From the NCBI GenBank assembly GCA_036918135.1, contig JBALDB010000038.1:64001-128000 (forward strand): a DNA stretch of 64,000 nt, read 5' to 3'. The position numbers were made by a program, and so were the translations under genes. Positions 53,219 through 64,000 of the stretch are shown piece after piece; the first letter of the stretch is position 1, and each line of letters starts with the position of its first letter. This DNA comes from Nostoc sp. (lineage in GTDB: Bacteria > Cyanobacteriota > Cyanobacteriia > Cyanobacteriales > Nostocaceae). The notes beneath the pieces were generated by a model. The model saw only the letters and a list, made by a program, of their open reading frames with translations, was not told the DNA's origin and searched no databases.

Positions 53219-54385
53219 ATGCAAATTTATCTAGATTACAGCGCCACTACTCCCACTCGAAAAGAAGCGATCGCAGTTATGCAAACAGTCCTCACTCAAC
53301 AGTGGGGCAATCCTTCCAGCTTACATGAATGGGGACAACGGGCTGCAATGGTTGTGGAACAAGCCAGAGTCCAAGTTGCTGAGTTGATTAACGCCGCCAC
53401 TGCTGAATCGATTATTTTTACCTCTGGCGGTACTGAGGCAAATAATCTGGCAATTATGGGTGTAGCTCGGTTGTATACTGTTCCTCAACATCTAATTATC
53501 TCCAGCGTCGAGCATTCTGCAATTTCCGAAACAGTGCGATTGCTAGAGATATGGGGTTGGGAAGTTACGCGCCTAGATGTAGATGTCAAAGGTAGAGTCA
53601 ACCCCCTAGATTTAAAAGCGGCATTGCAAGATAATACAGTTTTGGTTTCCGTGATTTACGGTCAAAGTGAAGTTGGGACAGTACAACCAATTGCAGAACT
53701 AGGAAAGATTGCGCGATCGCATGGTGCTTTATTCCATACAGATGCGGTGCAAGCTGCGGGACGTTTACCCATAGATGTACAAGAACTCTCTGTAGACTTA
53801 CTTAGTTTATCCAGCCATAAAATATATGGCCCCCAAGGAGTAGGGGCGCTGTATGTGCGTCCTGGCGTGGAAGTAATGCATTTACTAAGTGGTGGTGGAC
53901 AAGAAATGGGATTGCGTTCTGGTACACAAGCAGTACCGATAATTGCTGGGTTTGGTGTAGCTGCTGAGTTAGCAGCACAAGAATTGCCTATAGAAACATC
54001 ACGCTTGATTCAATTACGCGATCGCGCCTTTGCCCAATTAGCTGAAATTCCTGGTTTAATCCCCACAGGACATCGGTACCATCGCTTACCTCACCATGTA
54101 AGTATGTGTTTAAAAAATGCTGATGGCGAAAAACTTAGCGGTAAAACCTTAGTACGACACCTCAATCTTGCAGGCATCGGTATTAGTGCTGGTGCTGCTT
54201 GTCACAGTGGAAAACTTAGCCCCAGCCCGATATTGTTAGCAATGGGCTATTCCGAAAAAGCTGCCTTGGGCGGAATTCGTATTACATTGGGACGTGATAC
54301 CACCGAAGCAGATATAGATTGGACAGTAATGGTGTTGAAGCAAGTTTTAGAAAGGGTGACACCAAATTTATTGGCTATATATTAA
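53219..54385 (+). CDS. iscS: Cysteine desulfurase (IscS/NifS family)
   Basis: IYLDYSATTP, GNPSS, FTSGGTEANN, HTDAVQ, SSHKIYGPQG, SAGAACHS. Confidence 0.92.
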   Translation: MQIYLDYSATTPTRKEAIAVMQTVLTQQWGNPSSLHEWGQRAAMVVEQARVQVAELINAATAESIIFTSGGTEANNLAIMGVARLYTVPQHLIISSVEHSAISETVRLLEIWGWEVTRLDVDVKGRVNPLDLKAALQDNTVLVSVIYGQSEVGTVQPIAELGKIARSHGALFHTDAVQAAGRLPIDVQELSVDLLSLSSHKIYGPQGVGALYVRPGVEVMHLLSGGGQEMGLRSGTQAVPIIAGFGVAAELAAQELPIETSRLIQLRDRAFAQLAEIPGLIPTGHRYHRLPHHVSMCLKNADGEKLSGKTLVRHLNLAGIGISAGAACHSGKLSPSPILLAMGYSEKAALGGIRITLGRDTTEADIDWTVMVLKQVLERVTPNLLAIY

Positions 54386-54987
54386 ACCATCTATAGAAAT
54401 CCTATTTGAGTTTTAAATAAATACCGTACATCTGAAGGGTAGCAAAATCAAATATAGTGTGTCGAATAAACCATTCAAACAGTAACGGCTAATGTGAAAA
54501 TATTGGAACCAAAGCACAGAAACTTACTGAATGTCGCAGAACGCCAGTAATGCAGAGGTTGTACAAAAACTAGAAGTAAGGCTAGCCATTGTCAAAAGCT
54601 AGACCCTTTTAATTGTCCCATCTTAGCAGTAGAGCTTTGTTTGAGTGCGATGCTCACAACTTCAGGAGTCACGGTTCCTGTCTGGACTAACCTGCCTTCG
54701 TTCCTAAGTTGAGTATTGAGGATTGGGGCGATCGCTAAACTAAATAATATACCTTTATCGTGTGTATCTTCATCAATAATTGGTATGACACAACATTGAC
54801 ATCATAATGACATACTTAAAATATATATAGTCAATTATAGTTTTAAAAAATCACAATAATTTCTGTCTAGTAATTGCACTGCTGACAAATTTAATATTGC
54901 TTAATCGAATATTAACCAAGCAAGTGCTATTGCAAAATTTTTTGTTCCATAAAATATCTCAAATCAGTTCTGTTTTAATCATGTGAG

Positions 54988-55452
54988 GTGAAAGTGAAAG
55001 TTCTTAATATATATAAGATTACTCTGGCTTCAGTATTGTTTGTTGCACCTTCATGTATTTTTCCTTTGAGGATACTTGCACAAACTCCAAATTATAAACC
55101 GTGGGCAGTTATTATTAATAGTGGCTCTACAAATGCCTGCGGATATAGAATTCATGTATTGCCATCTGGAAAAGCAAATTACATTGTTTGCAACAAAAGA
55201 GGTTCAGGTCAAATAAGTGTGACCACAGCTACGAAATTTTTTAATGATATTTCAGCAGCTAAGCCATTATCCAAATTACCATATACATCATGTGCAAAAT
55301 CTGTTTCGTTCGGTACGTCAACTGAAGTCAGGTACCAGCGGCAAAAATCACCAGATATTAGCTGTCCAAGTAATGATTCGAGAGTGACAAATTTGTATAA
55401 TGATGCTAGAAGCATACAACAGGAATTGAACTTTTCAACTTCCAAAAATTAA
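54988..55452 (+). CDS. Secreted hypothetical protein with paired cysteines
   Basis: Signal peptide ending ILA-Q, NSGSTN, CAKSVSFGT, SPDISCP. Confidence 0.7.
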   Translation: MKVKVLNIYKITLASVLFVAPSCIFPLRILAQTPNYKPWAVIINSGSTNACGYRIHVLPSGKANYIVCNKRGSGQISVTTATKFFNDISAAKPLSKLPYTSCAKSVSFGTSTEVRYQRQKSPDISCPSNDSRVTNLYNDARSIQQELNFSTSKN

Positions 55453-55657
55453 TTGTCTACGTTCCACTTGCAATCTCAATTAAAATCGCATCTAAATCTC
55501 TAAGGTTTATTAACAGAATATCAGTCCCGCCTGATAGCAACCTTAAGGTTTCTTAGTGGCGATATTTTCGATGCTCTCAACAGCTATCTTTGCCTTCAAG
55601 GCACAGGTAGCTGTTCTGTTGAGGCTCAATCCAAATCACTTCGCTCGTTTGGGAAAT

Positions 55658-55686
55658 GCGTAAGTGTAGCCTGTTGTAGACATCGA
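55658..55686 (-). repeat. Nostoc small dispersed repeat (MSTTGYAYA-type)
   Basis: Minus strand CGATGTCTACAACAGGCTACACTTACGC. Confidence 0.55.
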
Positions 55687-56179
55687 TAATCTTGTCCGAG
55701 TTTCTGAGTAAAAGCGATCGCGCAGTGCTACGTATGCCCTTTGCCAAAAATCACAGCCAATACTGGAACAATAGGAGTAGATGTCAATAGGCGATCTACT
55801 ACGCCATCGCGTTTGGGAGCATGACGAAGTAAGTGCAAAATCAGACACGTTGTAAAGAAGAATTACAGAAAACACTTTATCCATTTACTAACTTGCGCAA
55901 AAATGATACAGAAGCTTTTTACATTTATGACTGTAGAATCGACTTTTTACCCTTGCCACTTCATCAAACTCGCCTATAAATGATTGTTTTAGGGAATGTT
56001 TTGCTCTGAAGACAATACTGAAGTTGGATATTTCAATATCGAATAATCAAGAGTTGTGAGCTTCTATGTTACAAAATTTACGATATTAGTAATGTTGTAC
56101 GTATTTCGTCATATTCTCTTAATGGTATTCTAATGTGGAATATTGCTTGCAAAAACTTTGCAATTAGAGATTTATAACT

Positions 56180-57340
56180 ATGGTAGAGTTCACACAATCA
56201 AAATTATTAACTAAGAAAAAATTAAAAGTACAGATTGTTGAAAACCTTGAAGAACTCAAGCTCCATGCAGACAGTTGGAATCAGCTTGCTTTTGAATCTA
56301 CTCAACAGTTACCAATGACATCTTATGCATGGGTATCATCATATTTTGAACACTATGTGGAAGTTGGCGAATCATGGTTTTGTGTATTTGCTTATAAAGA
56401 TTCTGAGCTAGTAGGTGTTCTGCCGCTAATTGTAACTTCACAACGGTTCTTTAGATTCAATTTTTCATTCTTAGTTACACGTAGAGCTTCGCAATCATGT
56501 GCGCTTGATATTGTAGTCGCATTGGGACTTGAAAATATAGTTATTCCAGTCCTTATTGATGCTGCGAGACAATTTTGTACCCATCATTTAGGAATAGTAT
56601 TTAACCGTTTACCGGAAAATTCACCTACTATTACTGCTTTAGAAGGGATGTCAGATATTACACTTATTAAAGAGCTTGATTGGATGATGGGAGCTCACTT
56701 AAAAATAACTAACAGTTTTGATGAATATCGAAAAACCCTCAGTGGTAATTTAAAAAGTACTATCAAAAGGTCGGGAAAGAAGCTCTATCAACTAGAAGGG
56801 GTAAAAACTATTTTCCTCAAAGGAAGCGAGGCCACTGAAAAAGATTTACCTCAATTAATAAAAGTGGAAGCTGCCAGTTGGAAAAGAACTAGAGGAAAAT
56901 TAATTGCAAGTTCCTCATCAGATATATCATTTTACACAAATCTTACACGCCGACTATCAGAAGCTGGTTGGCTTGAATGGCAATTACTTGAAGCTGAAGG
57001 TAAGACAATTGCGATCAATTTAGCGATTAAGTTGAAGCGTTCAACCATTATTTGGAAGCTGGCTTACGATGAGAGTTATTCTAAATTTTCTCCTGGCAGT
57101 ATACTTTTTGAACAAGTAGTTAAGTCAGCTTATGAGGATAAAGTTGAGGAGATTAATCTAATTAGTGATTTTCCTTGGTACGACAATTGGAAGATGGATA
57201 AACGCCCACACTATACTATCAAAGTATATTCGCATCAACCTATTTCTTTAATGTTTGGATTGCTGCCTGCATATATCCTCAATAAGCTTAAAGTGCTTAA
57301 AAGACAATTTACAAAGCGGTATCAAATTTTTAGTAAATGA
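56180..57340 (+). CDS. GNAT family acetyltransferase (CelD/BcsL-like)
   Basis: W-QL, LVGVLPL, EAASWK, AYDESYSKFSPGSIL. Confidence 0.8.
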   Translation: MVEFTQSKLLTKKKLKVQIVENLEELKLHADSWNQLAFESTQQLPMTSYAWVSSYFEHYVEVGESWFCVFAYKDSELVGVLPLIVTSQRFFRFNFSFLVTRRASQSCALDIVVALGLENIVIPVLIDAARQFCTHHLGIVFNRLPENSPTITALEGMSDITLIKELDWMMGAHLKITNSFDEYRKTLSGNLKSTIKRSGKKLYQLEGVKTIFLKGSEATEKDLPQLIKVEAASWKRTRGKLIASSSSDISFYTNLTRRLSEAGWLEWQLLEAEGKTIAINLAIKLKRSTIIWKLAYDESYSKFSPGSILFEQVVKSAYEDKVEEINLISDFPWYDNWKMDKRPHYTIKVYSHQPISLMFGLLPAYILNKLKVLKRQFTKRYQIFSK

Positions 57341-57622
57341 GAATAATAAGAGATGATTTATAAAGTAAACCTTAAGTTTTAGGGTGCACTATAGCAACGC
57401 TTAACGCACCGAGAAATGTGGAGCGTTACGGCTAATCCTCACTCTCTCAAACTCACAAATCTTTGCGTAGCCGTAATACACCCTACTTAATATTTACTTT
57501 ATAAATAGGCTCTCAGCAAGTTCGCTTTATGAACTTTCCTCCCCAACTTCAACAGCAGATCCAAAAATGGGCAAGCACTTAGGGAATCTCGACTGAACAG
57601 TTTGTTTTGTTTATCTTCTCTG

Positions 57623-58294
57623 CTACTTTATAAAAACACTGCTGAGAAATAAACCTACCAGTCTTTTACCAAGGAAAAGCCAATCCAACCAAAATATAAT
57701 GTGAATAATTACTATTACCCAAAATACAGCTTGGTATGAAGCCTTGCTACTTTTGTGGCGTAATCTTCGTTGGGCTATAAATGCCCCTAACCATCCACCC
57801 ATGAATTCACACAAATGTAACATCTTTTCTGATATTCTCCAACGCCCCTGCTTTGCACGAGATTTGTCATCTGCATACAATGCAAAGGTAAGAAAACTCA
57901 TTACAGGATAAAGAATCAGAGGAATTGAGTTGAAAGTCGTCAATGCAAAATGCACTGCTCCTAAACCTGGCAATAAGGATAAGAGCAATACCTCGAACAT
58001 TAAAGAAGATTTGGCTGTAGGCTGGAATGTTTCTTTTATTATAGAAGATGAGGTTTTGGGGACAGGTTGGGATATAACCCCCTCGATGAAGGCATTGCAA
58101 GCATAAATTTTTCCGTCTTTATCAACCTTTAGCTGATAGTAAATCACATCACCAACTTGTGGACGATGATTTGTTTGTTTGAGTGCAGTGATATGAAGAA
58201 AAACATCTTGACTGCTTTGACTAGAGCGGATAAAGCCAAAACCCTTGTCATCTTTCCATGTTATTAATTTACCTTTATGAAAAACAGGTTTCAT
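57623..58294 (-). CDS. Cold-shock domain plus DUF1294 membrane protein
   Basis: WKDDKGFGFI..DVFLHI; DKSRA..WRISEKMLH..GGWLGA..RHKS. Confidence 0.87.
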   Translation of the reverse strand: MKPVFHKGKLITWKDDKGFGFIRSSQSSQDVFLHITALKQTNHRPQVGDVIYYQLKVDKDGKIYACNAFIEGVISQPVPKTSSSIIKETFQPTAKSSLMFEVLLLSLLPGLGAVHFALTTFNSIPLILYPVMSFLTFALYADDKSRAKQGRWRISEKMLHLCEFMGGWLGAFIAQRRLRHKSSKASYQAVFWVIVIIHIIFWLDWLFLGKRLVGLFLSSVFIK

Positions 58295-58430
58295 CAAAGA
58301 CCCTGATATCAATACTTTATTTTTAAGGTTCCCATCTCAATATCAAATAATTCATACTCCAATTTAGCAACGCCAAAATCAGAGCTAATACTGGAACAAT
58401 AGAAGTAATGCTAAACCAAGATAATAAACT

Positions 58431-59162
58431 ATGACTGAACTTCCCAATAGTCTTGAAGATGCGATCGCCCAATCTCAGTCTGCTGTCCAAGCTGCCCTTG
58501 CAGATGGCTGTACTCGCCTACAAGTTGATTTCCTGTTCCCGGAATTAAAACTTATGCCCGTGGCGGAACAATTTGTGCCTTTGTTTACTGAATATGATTC
58601 TCGCTTCAAAATTTTCTTTGCTGACGCAGGGGCGGCAGCCTTAGCCCGCCGCGATTGGAGTGATGCACCATTTCAAATTTTGGATATCGGGACGGGGAGG
58701 GCTGCTTCCTTGCAAACAAAAATTCAGCCAGAAGATGAAATTTTCTTATTTGTCGCCCCTACTTCCGTAGAAGTACCGCAGTTGGAAAAGTTATGTGAAG
58801 CAATTGCCGATCGCCCTTTAATATTTTTAAATCCCCGCCTTGAAGATTCTGGAACTGTGGGCATTGGTTACGCAGCCAGAAAAGTCCGCGATCGTTTCAT
58901 TAGTACCATCGAATCCTGCTATTACCTGCGTCCAGTAGACGACCAAACTGCCTTATATCGCTGCTACCCAGGGCAGTGGGAAGTTTGGGTAGAAAACGGC
59001 AGTGAATATCAAAAAATTGCCGAATTACCCACAAAACCATCGGGTGATGAGTTGGATCTCATCCTGATGAAGGGACAACCGCAAACAACCAACGCTGTAC
59101 CTCCAAGAAAGCCGAGTGTGTTTAAGAGTTTACAGCGATTTTTAAAGGCGTTGAGTAGTTAA
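58431..59162 (+). CDS. DUF1995 family protein
   Basis: FPEL, FADAGAAALARRDW, LNPRLED, YPGQW. Confidence 0.83.
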   Translation: MTELPNSLEDAIAQSQSAVQAALADGCTRLQVDFLFPELKLMPVAEQFVPLFTEYDSRFKIFFADAGAAALARRDWSDAPFQILDIGTGRAASLQTKIQPEDEIFLFVAPTSVEVPQLEKLCEAIADRPLIFLNPRLEDSGTVGIGYAARKVRDRFISTIESCYYLRPVDDQTALYRCYPGQWEVWVENGSEYQKIAELPTKPSGDELDLILMKGQPQTTNAVPPRKPSVFKSLQRFLKALSS

Positions 59163-59387
59163 CAGAAAGCAGAGGTAGCAGAAGGAAACTTTATCATCTG
59201 CTGCCTCATTTTCAATTTTAAAAAAATACAGGAGATTTTCATATAATTACGAATTGACTGCTCACCTTGTATTTATTTCTAAAATAGAAACTTAATATTG
59301 AAAACTCTGTACATCGCGTACAGTTTGTCAACAGTGCAGCACATGTAGAGCGAATGATATTTTTTTAGGTAGTTTCGCAACAAGCTT

Positions 59388-59723
59388 TTAACTCACAGCA
59401 TAATCTGTGTACTGGCGTACATAGGGCGGGTGAAATCCAACTACAATATGGTGTTTTGGTACTCCCATTGCCACCAGCTGTTCGCCTACATCTTCTTCTG
59501 TGCCATTCCACTGAATCCAAATCTTACCGTTTATAATATCAAAATGCATTACAGGCCCAAAAACCCGACGTTTATTTTGCCAACCAATATATATCAGTTG
59601 GTAATGGTCTTTTTCTACGTCAAAAATTGTTTGAGCTTCAATTTCATTATTAGATGAGGCAAGCTGGGAATATTCTGTAATTAATTTCCGAATACACTTA
59701 CGATATTTTTCTAAATCTGCCAT
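59388..59723 (-). CDS. xisI: XisI family protein
   Basis: DHYQL..GW, HFDIINGKIWIQ..GTE, GVPK..IVVGFHPP..R.YTDYAV. Confidence 0.9.
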   Translation of the reverse strand: MADLEKYRKCIRKLITEYSQLASSNNEIEAQTIFDVEKDHYQLIYIGWQNKRRVFGPVMHFDIINGKIWIQWNGTEEDVGEQLVAMGVPKHHIVVGFHPPYVRQYTDYAVS

Positions 59724-60130
59724 TGGATAATTTCCTCCTTTTCCACATCATAAACTATCAGATTAATTTGACTTCGCTGGATAATAGTTTTAATAAACGG
59801 TTTAGTTAAAAAATCATTATAAGTGTTTAAGGGCACTGCTAAATACAAAATTAGCTCAGAACCTATTTCTTCTAACGCATATCGATAATTAATAAACTGT
59901 CCTACCGCTGTATGAAACTCAGAAATAGTTGAAGTCCCAACAAAACTTTTAACTTCAACCGCTATTTTTTGTCCTTCTCTTTCTGCCGCAATAATTTTCT
60001 CGGCTCCCAAATCAATATACATATCTGCAATATTTTCTATACGAATTAACAAAGGGTCATGAGTAATTCGCCATCCGTCTTTTTGTAATGCCGATTTCAC
60101 AACATTATGAAATTTATCTCTAGCTGACAT
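59711..60130 (-). CDS. xisH: XisH family protein
   Basis: MSARDKFH..V..ALQKDGWRITHDP, IDLGAE, IAVEVKSF, FHTAVGQFINYR. Confidence 0.92.
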   Translation of the reverse strand: MSARDKFHNVVKSALQKDGWRITHDPLLIRIENIADMYIDLGAEKIIAAEREGQKIAVEVKSFVGTSTISEFHTAVGQFINYRYALEEIGSELILYLAVPLNTYNDFLTKPFIKTIIQRSQINLIVYDVEKEEIIQWQI

Positions 60131-60261
60131 AAACTGTTTTTTGGCTTCTATATATAATTTGGCCAAAATGCTTGACGAACAATAGAAGTTAGGAATTTTA
60201 TTATGAACTCCTAACTCTTGTAGAGACGGAATTAATCGCGTCTCTACTACTCTTAACTTTT

Positions 60262-63200
60262 TTAATTCGCTTGCAAGGGCGCATTCAAGATTTTCTCAAT
60301 GCGATCGCGTGTTTCTAGTAAATGTGCTTTAGTGTATTCATCATCGGAATTCACATTTTTGAGTTTCTCATCTAATTGTTTGAGTTTATACCAGGCTAAA
60401 GTTCGAGCATCTTCTGGGACATTTTCTTTACGTAATACCATGCCACTTAAAATGTCCAGATATTCCCGCTGCAAGCCTCGCCGCAAACTAGCAATCTTCA
60501 TTGGTTTAGCTTTTGGTTTTAGTACTTCCGTCCAAATACCAGATTGCAAAGTGTCAAATAATTCTGGTAAAGTCAATGCATTGTCTGCCTTGGTTTTGAG
60601 TTCGATATCTTTGAGACGAGAAAGGCGATCGGCTGAAAGTAAATCACGCAGTACAGAACTCTGTAAAAGTAGCACCAAATCGTGAATCGGAAAATCCAAA
60701 CGGCCAACTTGCGGATAACTACCCCAATGTCGCCAACGGGAAGGTGCTAATTTATTCAACAGTTCTGGTGAGAAATTCAAGGCATCTTCTGCAAATAGAT
60801 ATTTTTGTAGTGTTTCTAAAGCCTGCCGTTGTTGTTCGACTGGTACTGGTTCAAATGGTAATCGGTGTTGGCTAACTCCTGAGGGTATTTCGCTGGGGTG
60901 GATGCGATAGAAAGACTGTCCCCCAATGTATTTTGTGGTGTAATATATCTGCTGGAAATAGTTCCCCAATACTGTGCTAAAACGTTCGCTGACATCGCTG
61001 TAACTATCTCCGGCCATTGGGTAACGCTGATCGAGACGTTCCCACATTATACGGGAATTATTCAACTGCCATTGAGAATAAAGCAGCACATTGCCGCTGT
61101 TATCCCAAGCATTGGCTGTGGGATCGAGGTCATACACATCTTCGTCGGTGGAATAACTCAACTCAGGTTTGTAAGATTGTGCGGCAATTTCTTCTAAAAT
61201 TGGCTTTTCTGCTACAGGAGTCGATGTCTGAATTGGCATGTAGCCGTACTTAATCGCCCATTCATCATAAGGCCCTACCATACTCGGAAAATAATCTCCC
61301 TGTTTTGTACCTTGAGGAGCAATATTTGGGGGAATGTAGTCCATTACGGAAGCTGTCAAACCTTTAGTTTTAGTAATTTCCGTATTATTCATCTCTTGTG
61401 GTGGTAATAAAGTACTACCACGGAAGTTATGCCGTAAACCAAGTGTATGCCCAACTTCATGGGCGATGATTAAACGTAAATATTGATTGATATATTCTTT
61501 AACTTTGTCTTGACTGGGCATATTATCTGGCAGCAATGACATAGCCAGGGAACCAAAGGCAAACTGATTAGTAGCTTCCATCCCATAGCATAAATCGTAT
61601 TCGCCTGCCATTTTAGATAAATTACCTAACAATCCTTGTTGTGCTTGCGTTTGCTGGGGTGCATTCTTGTCTTTAGCATTTAAACCATTGCTGCAAAGTA
61701 GCCGATTTTGCATCAATGTCGATAAAGTAGTAGTATTTTGTACTTGGCTGGGTTGGACGATTTTGCGATATTCATTCTTGAGTGCCCGGACAAAGCTAGC
61801 GTCTACGAGAATGTCTGCATCCAAAATTTCTCCTGTCAACGGATTAACGCGGGATGGGCCCAGTGCAAAGTATCCATCTACTGTATTAATCCAGCGAATC
61901 GTGTTGTAACGAATATCTGCTGGATCCCAAGTGGCATCATCTGGCATTTGCCGGACTTCAATGGCATCCTTGAATCCGGCTTGGAGAAAGGCTTTATTCC
62001 ACATCAAGACGCCTTCTTTCATTGCATCGCGGTATTCTAAAGGCACAGCGTTATCAATCCAAAAGACAATCGGTTTTTTGGGACGAGAAATTGCTGCTTT
62101 TGGGTCTTGTTTTTCCAAGTCCCAGCGGTTGATGTAGCGGACGAAAGAATCGCCCCGATCGTCTTTGGATAAATCTTGGTAGGCGGTGATAAAATAACCG
62201 ACGCGATCGTCGGCAAAGCGGGGACGATAATTTTTATCAGGTAGTTGGGAGAAACTGTAGTGGACGCGTAAGGTAAAGCTGCGGTTGTCGGGTAGCGAGG
62301 CGAAGTTTGGCCCGTCACTGTCACTAGAGAAATTTAAAATTGACTCAACTTCTACATTCTGGGGAAAAGCTTTAGAAGTACCAAAATATGACTGGTCTGG
62401 GTCTTTTGGAACTCCTAAACTTGAAGATAATCCCGCCAAGTCTGTGAGTAACAAATCGCTCAGGTCGATAAGAATGGTTTTGCGTTGCGGATGAATGCTT
62501 TTAATGGAAATATTGTAGAGAACAGAGTCACTAAAAGAACGGGCGAGCGATCGCGCTTGCGGATCTCCGTCACGAGTCCGGAAATTGACATTGCGGATCG
62601 TAAAGTGTAAATCATTATCCACTCGCTGGAAATAAAACAAAAAATCTTGCAGAGGCATACCGCTGTAAATACCTCGTTCGCCAATGCCTGATTCCAATGT
62701 TGCCGTAGCTAAGAAATTTTTATTCAGTTGTTCTGGTTTAATTTCTAAATAAATTTTATTCTTTTGTTTATTGCGATAAAGAGTGAACAATCCTCCCTGC
62801 TTCACTGTGTCTTTCACTACTTCATCAAATGGCTCTAAATCATCCTTTGCTGCTGGCTTAGCACTAGAATTCGGCTTGGAATTCGGTTTTTGTGTCGGTT
62901 TAGCGACTTGCAAAAATGGTTGTTGTGCTGCTTTTTTTAAATCTTTTACTATCCAAATAAACGGTTGAGGCTGGGCGTCTTTATTGCGATCGACTACCCA
63001 AACTTGCCCTGCTGCTAGTCTCTGTTGAGGACGAATATTGATATTTTTTAGCGATAAGGCTGAGGTTTTAGTTGAAGTTTCTTTAGTTAAGAAATTATTG
63101 GACTTGTCTTTACTTGTGGCTGTGACTAAGACTGTCTGATGGTTGCTAGACAACTGTTGCTTTGCTCCATCAATAGACACTGACTTAGCGCTAGCCGTTG

Positions 63201-63264
63201 CTATTCCTAAAAACAAACCCTGTAACAAAATCATATAAAAACTTAATCTGTTCATCGCATTCAT
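60262..63264 (-). CDS. Secreted zinc metalloprotease (DUF5118/DUF5117/DUF4953 architecture)
   Basis: Signal peptide, PRFADDRVGYF, NPLTGEIL, HEVGHTLGLRHNF, Met-turn SVMDY, YDEWAIKYGY. Confidence 0.88.
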   Translation of the reverse strand: MNAMNRLSFYMILLQGLFLGIATASAKSVSIDGAKQQLSSNHQTVLVTATSKDKSNNFLTKETSTKTSALSLKNINIRPQQRLAAGQVWVVDRNKDAQPQPFIWIVKDLKKAAQQPFLQVAKPTQKPNSKPNSSAKPAAKDDLEPFDEVVKDTVKQGGLFTLYRNKQKNKIYLEIKPEQLNKNFLATATLESGIGERGIYSGMPLQDFLFYFQRVDNDLHFTIRNVNFRTRDGDPQARSLARSFSDSVLYNISIKSIHPQRKTILIDLSDLLLTDLAGLSSSLGVPKDPDQSYFGTSKAFPQNVEVESILNFSSDSDGPNFASLPDNRSFTLRVHYSFSQLPDKNYRPRFADDRVGYFITAYQDLSKDDRGDSFVRYINRWDLEKQDPKAAISRPKKPIVFWIDNAVPLEYRDAMKEGVLMWNKAFLQAGFKDAIEVRQMPDDATWDPADIRYNTIRWINTVDGYFALGPSRVNPLTGEILDADILVDASFVRALKNEYRKIVQPSQVQNTTTLSTLMQNRLLCSNGLNAKDKNAPQQTQAQQGLLGNLSKMAGEYDLCYGMEATNQFAFGSLAMSLLPDNMPSQDKVKEYINQYLRLIIAHEVGHTLGLRHNFRGSTLLPPQEMNNTEITKTKGLTASVMDYIPPNIAPQGTKQGDYFPSMVGPYDEWAIKYGYMPIQTSTPVAEKPILEEIAAQSYKPELSYSTDEDVYDLDPTANAWDNSGNVLLYSQWQLNNSRIMWERLDQRYPMAGDSYSDVSERFSTVLGNYFQQIYYTTKYIGGQSFYRIHPSEIPSGVSQHRLPFEPVPVEQQRQALETLQKYLFAEDALNFSPELLNKLAPSRWRHWGSYPQVGRLDFPIHDLVLLLQSSVLRDLLSADRLSRLKDIELKTKADNALTLPELFDTLQSGIWTEVLKPKAKPMKIASLRRGLQREYLDILSGMVLRKENVPEDARTLAWYKLKQLDEKLKNVNSDDEYTKAHLLETRDRIEKILNAPLQAN

Positions 63265-63616
63265 CCCTAATAACTATCCCTGGTAATTTTTAACTTTTGC
63301 AAAGCCATGCACTCCCTCCCCAGCCGATTCATTACCTGCTTTATCTCAAGCAGTAAACTTTGACTACAATTTTAATTGCCATTTTTCCGTTTTCTTGAAC
63401 TGTTTTATACTCGGATTTTTCCTAACAATTGCGTCTCTGACAAAGAGTAAGTATTATTTTTACATCAGACTAGTAAATATCTTGGAAAAAAATATAATAA
63501 ATTTCCCAAAACCTCAAAATTATGTCATTTTGTAAATTATTTTTAAGTTGAGACTTTATTTACATCACTAGAATTACCTGAAAGTTAAAACCGCCTTCTA
63601 GCAAAGCCTTTGACAA

Positions 63617-63659
63617 ACGTTATTGCCAATCTTCTAGTGTATATAGTATTAATTAATAC
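63617..63659 (-). promoter_or_regulatory. Candidate NtcA-activated promoter
   Basis: GTA-TTAATTAA-TAC at 63646-63659, then 23 nt, then TAACGT on the minus strand. Confidence 0.4.
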
Positions 63660-63753
63660 GAATAATATATTCATAAAAAGCAAACTAGCAGAGAAAAAAT
63701 TTTAGTTGCGGATTATCAAAACAATTACTTTAAATGTATCAACGGACACAGAA

Positions 63754-64000
63754 ATGTCAACATATTTATCTCAAGTTTGGAAACTGCTGACAAATTGTGT
63801 GAGAGGTACAAGGTTAGAAGAGATGCCAAAAATTACATCTGTGGAAACTGAAGCAACTTTGCCTCTAGCAAAAAGTATTAAAGAGCCAGACGAAAGCGTT
63901 AAATTTATTCAAGATAATTTGCCGGAATATTTATTGTCTGAAAAACTACAAAAAAGCTTAGAAAAATGGACAATAGCAGGGAGTGGTAGGACTTCTAAGA
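63754..64000 (+). CDS. Partial hypothetical gene running off the window end
   Basis: Open frame MSTYLSQVWK...EEMPKITSVETEA...GSGRTSK; alternative start at 63823. Confidence 0.55.
   Translation, partial: MSTYLSQVWKLLTNCVRGTRLEEMPKITSVETEATLPLAKSIKEPDESVKFIQDNLPEYLLSEKLQKSLEKWTIAGSGRTSK

Noticed and set aside
56180..57340. MdnD microviridin acetyltransferase
   Set aside because: About 38 kb from the cluster and of the larger CelD/BcsL type

Overview
Chromosomal window from a filamentous heterocystous cyanobacterium (Nostocales-like: many GCGATCGC HIP1 sites, heptamer STRRs, dispersed MITE/SDR repeats, xisHI). Housekeeping genes include mtnP, gyrA-lnt, gap-pyk-tal, dprA, iscS and a ComA-like PLD nuclease. 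Accessory loci include a microviridin (graspetide) cluster with two double-Gly precursors, two ATP-grasp ligases, a C39 ABC exporter and HlyD. There are also two RND efflux pairs, a probable oxalate-CoA ligase/PanE2 pair split by an LRR-Roc-COR gene, orphan xisHI and a secreted metalloprotease. The most striking feature is absent from the ORF track. Upstream of a short DAHP synthase lie a sigma70-type promoter and two tandem translation-coupled attenuators. Each has a Phe/Tyr/Trp-rich leader peptide (MFNTNSYFYFWFRVVHRE and MTTYFGSWFYGFYFWPRDGSG), an antiterminator and an intrinsic terminator. All calls come from reading the sequence; no database searches were run.
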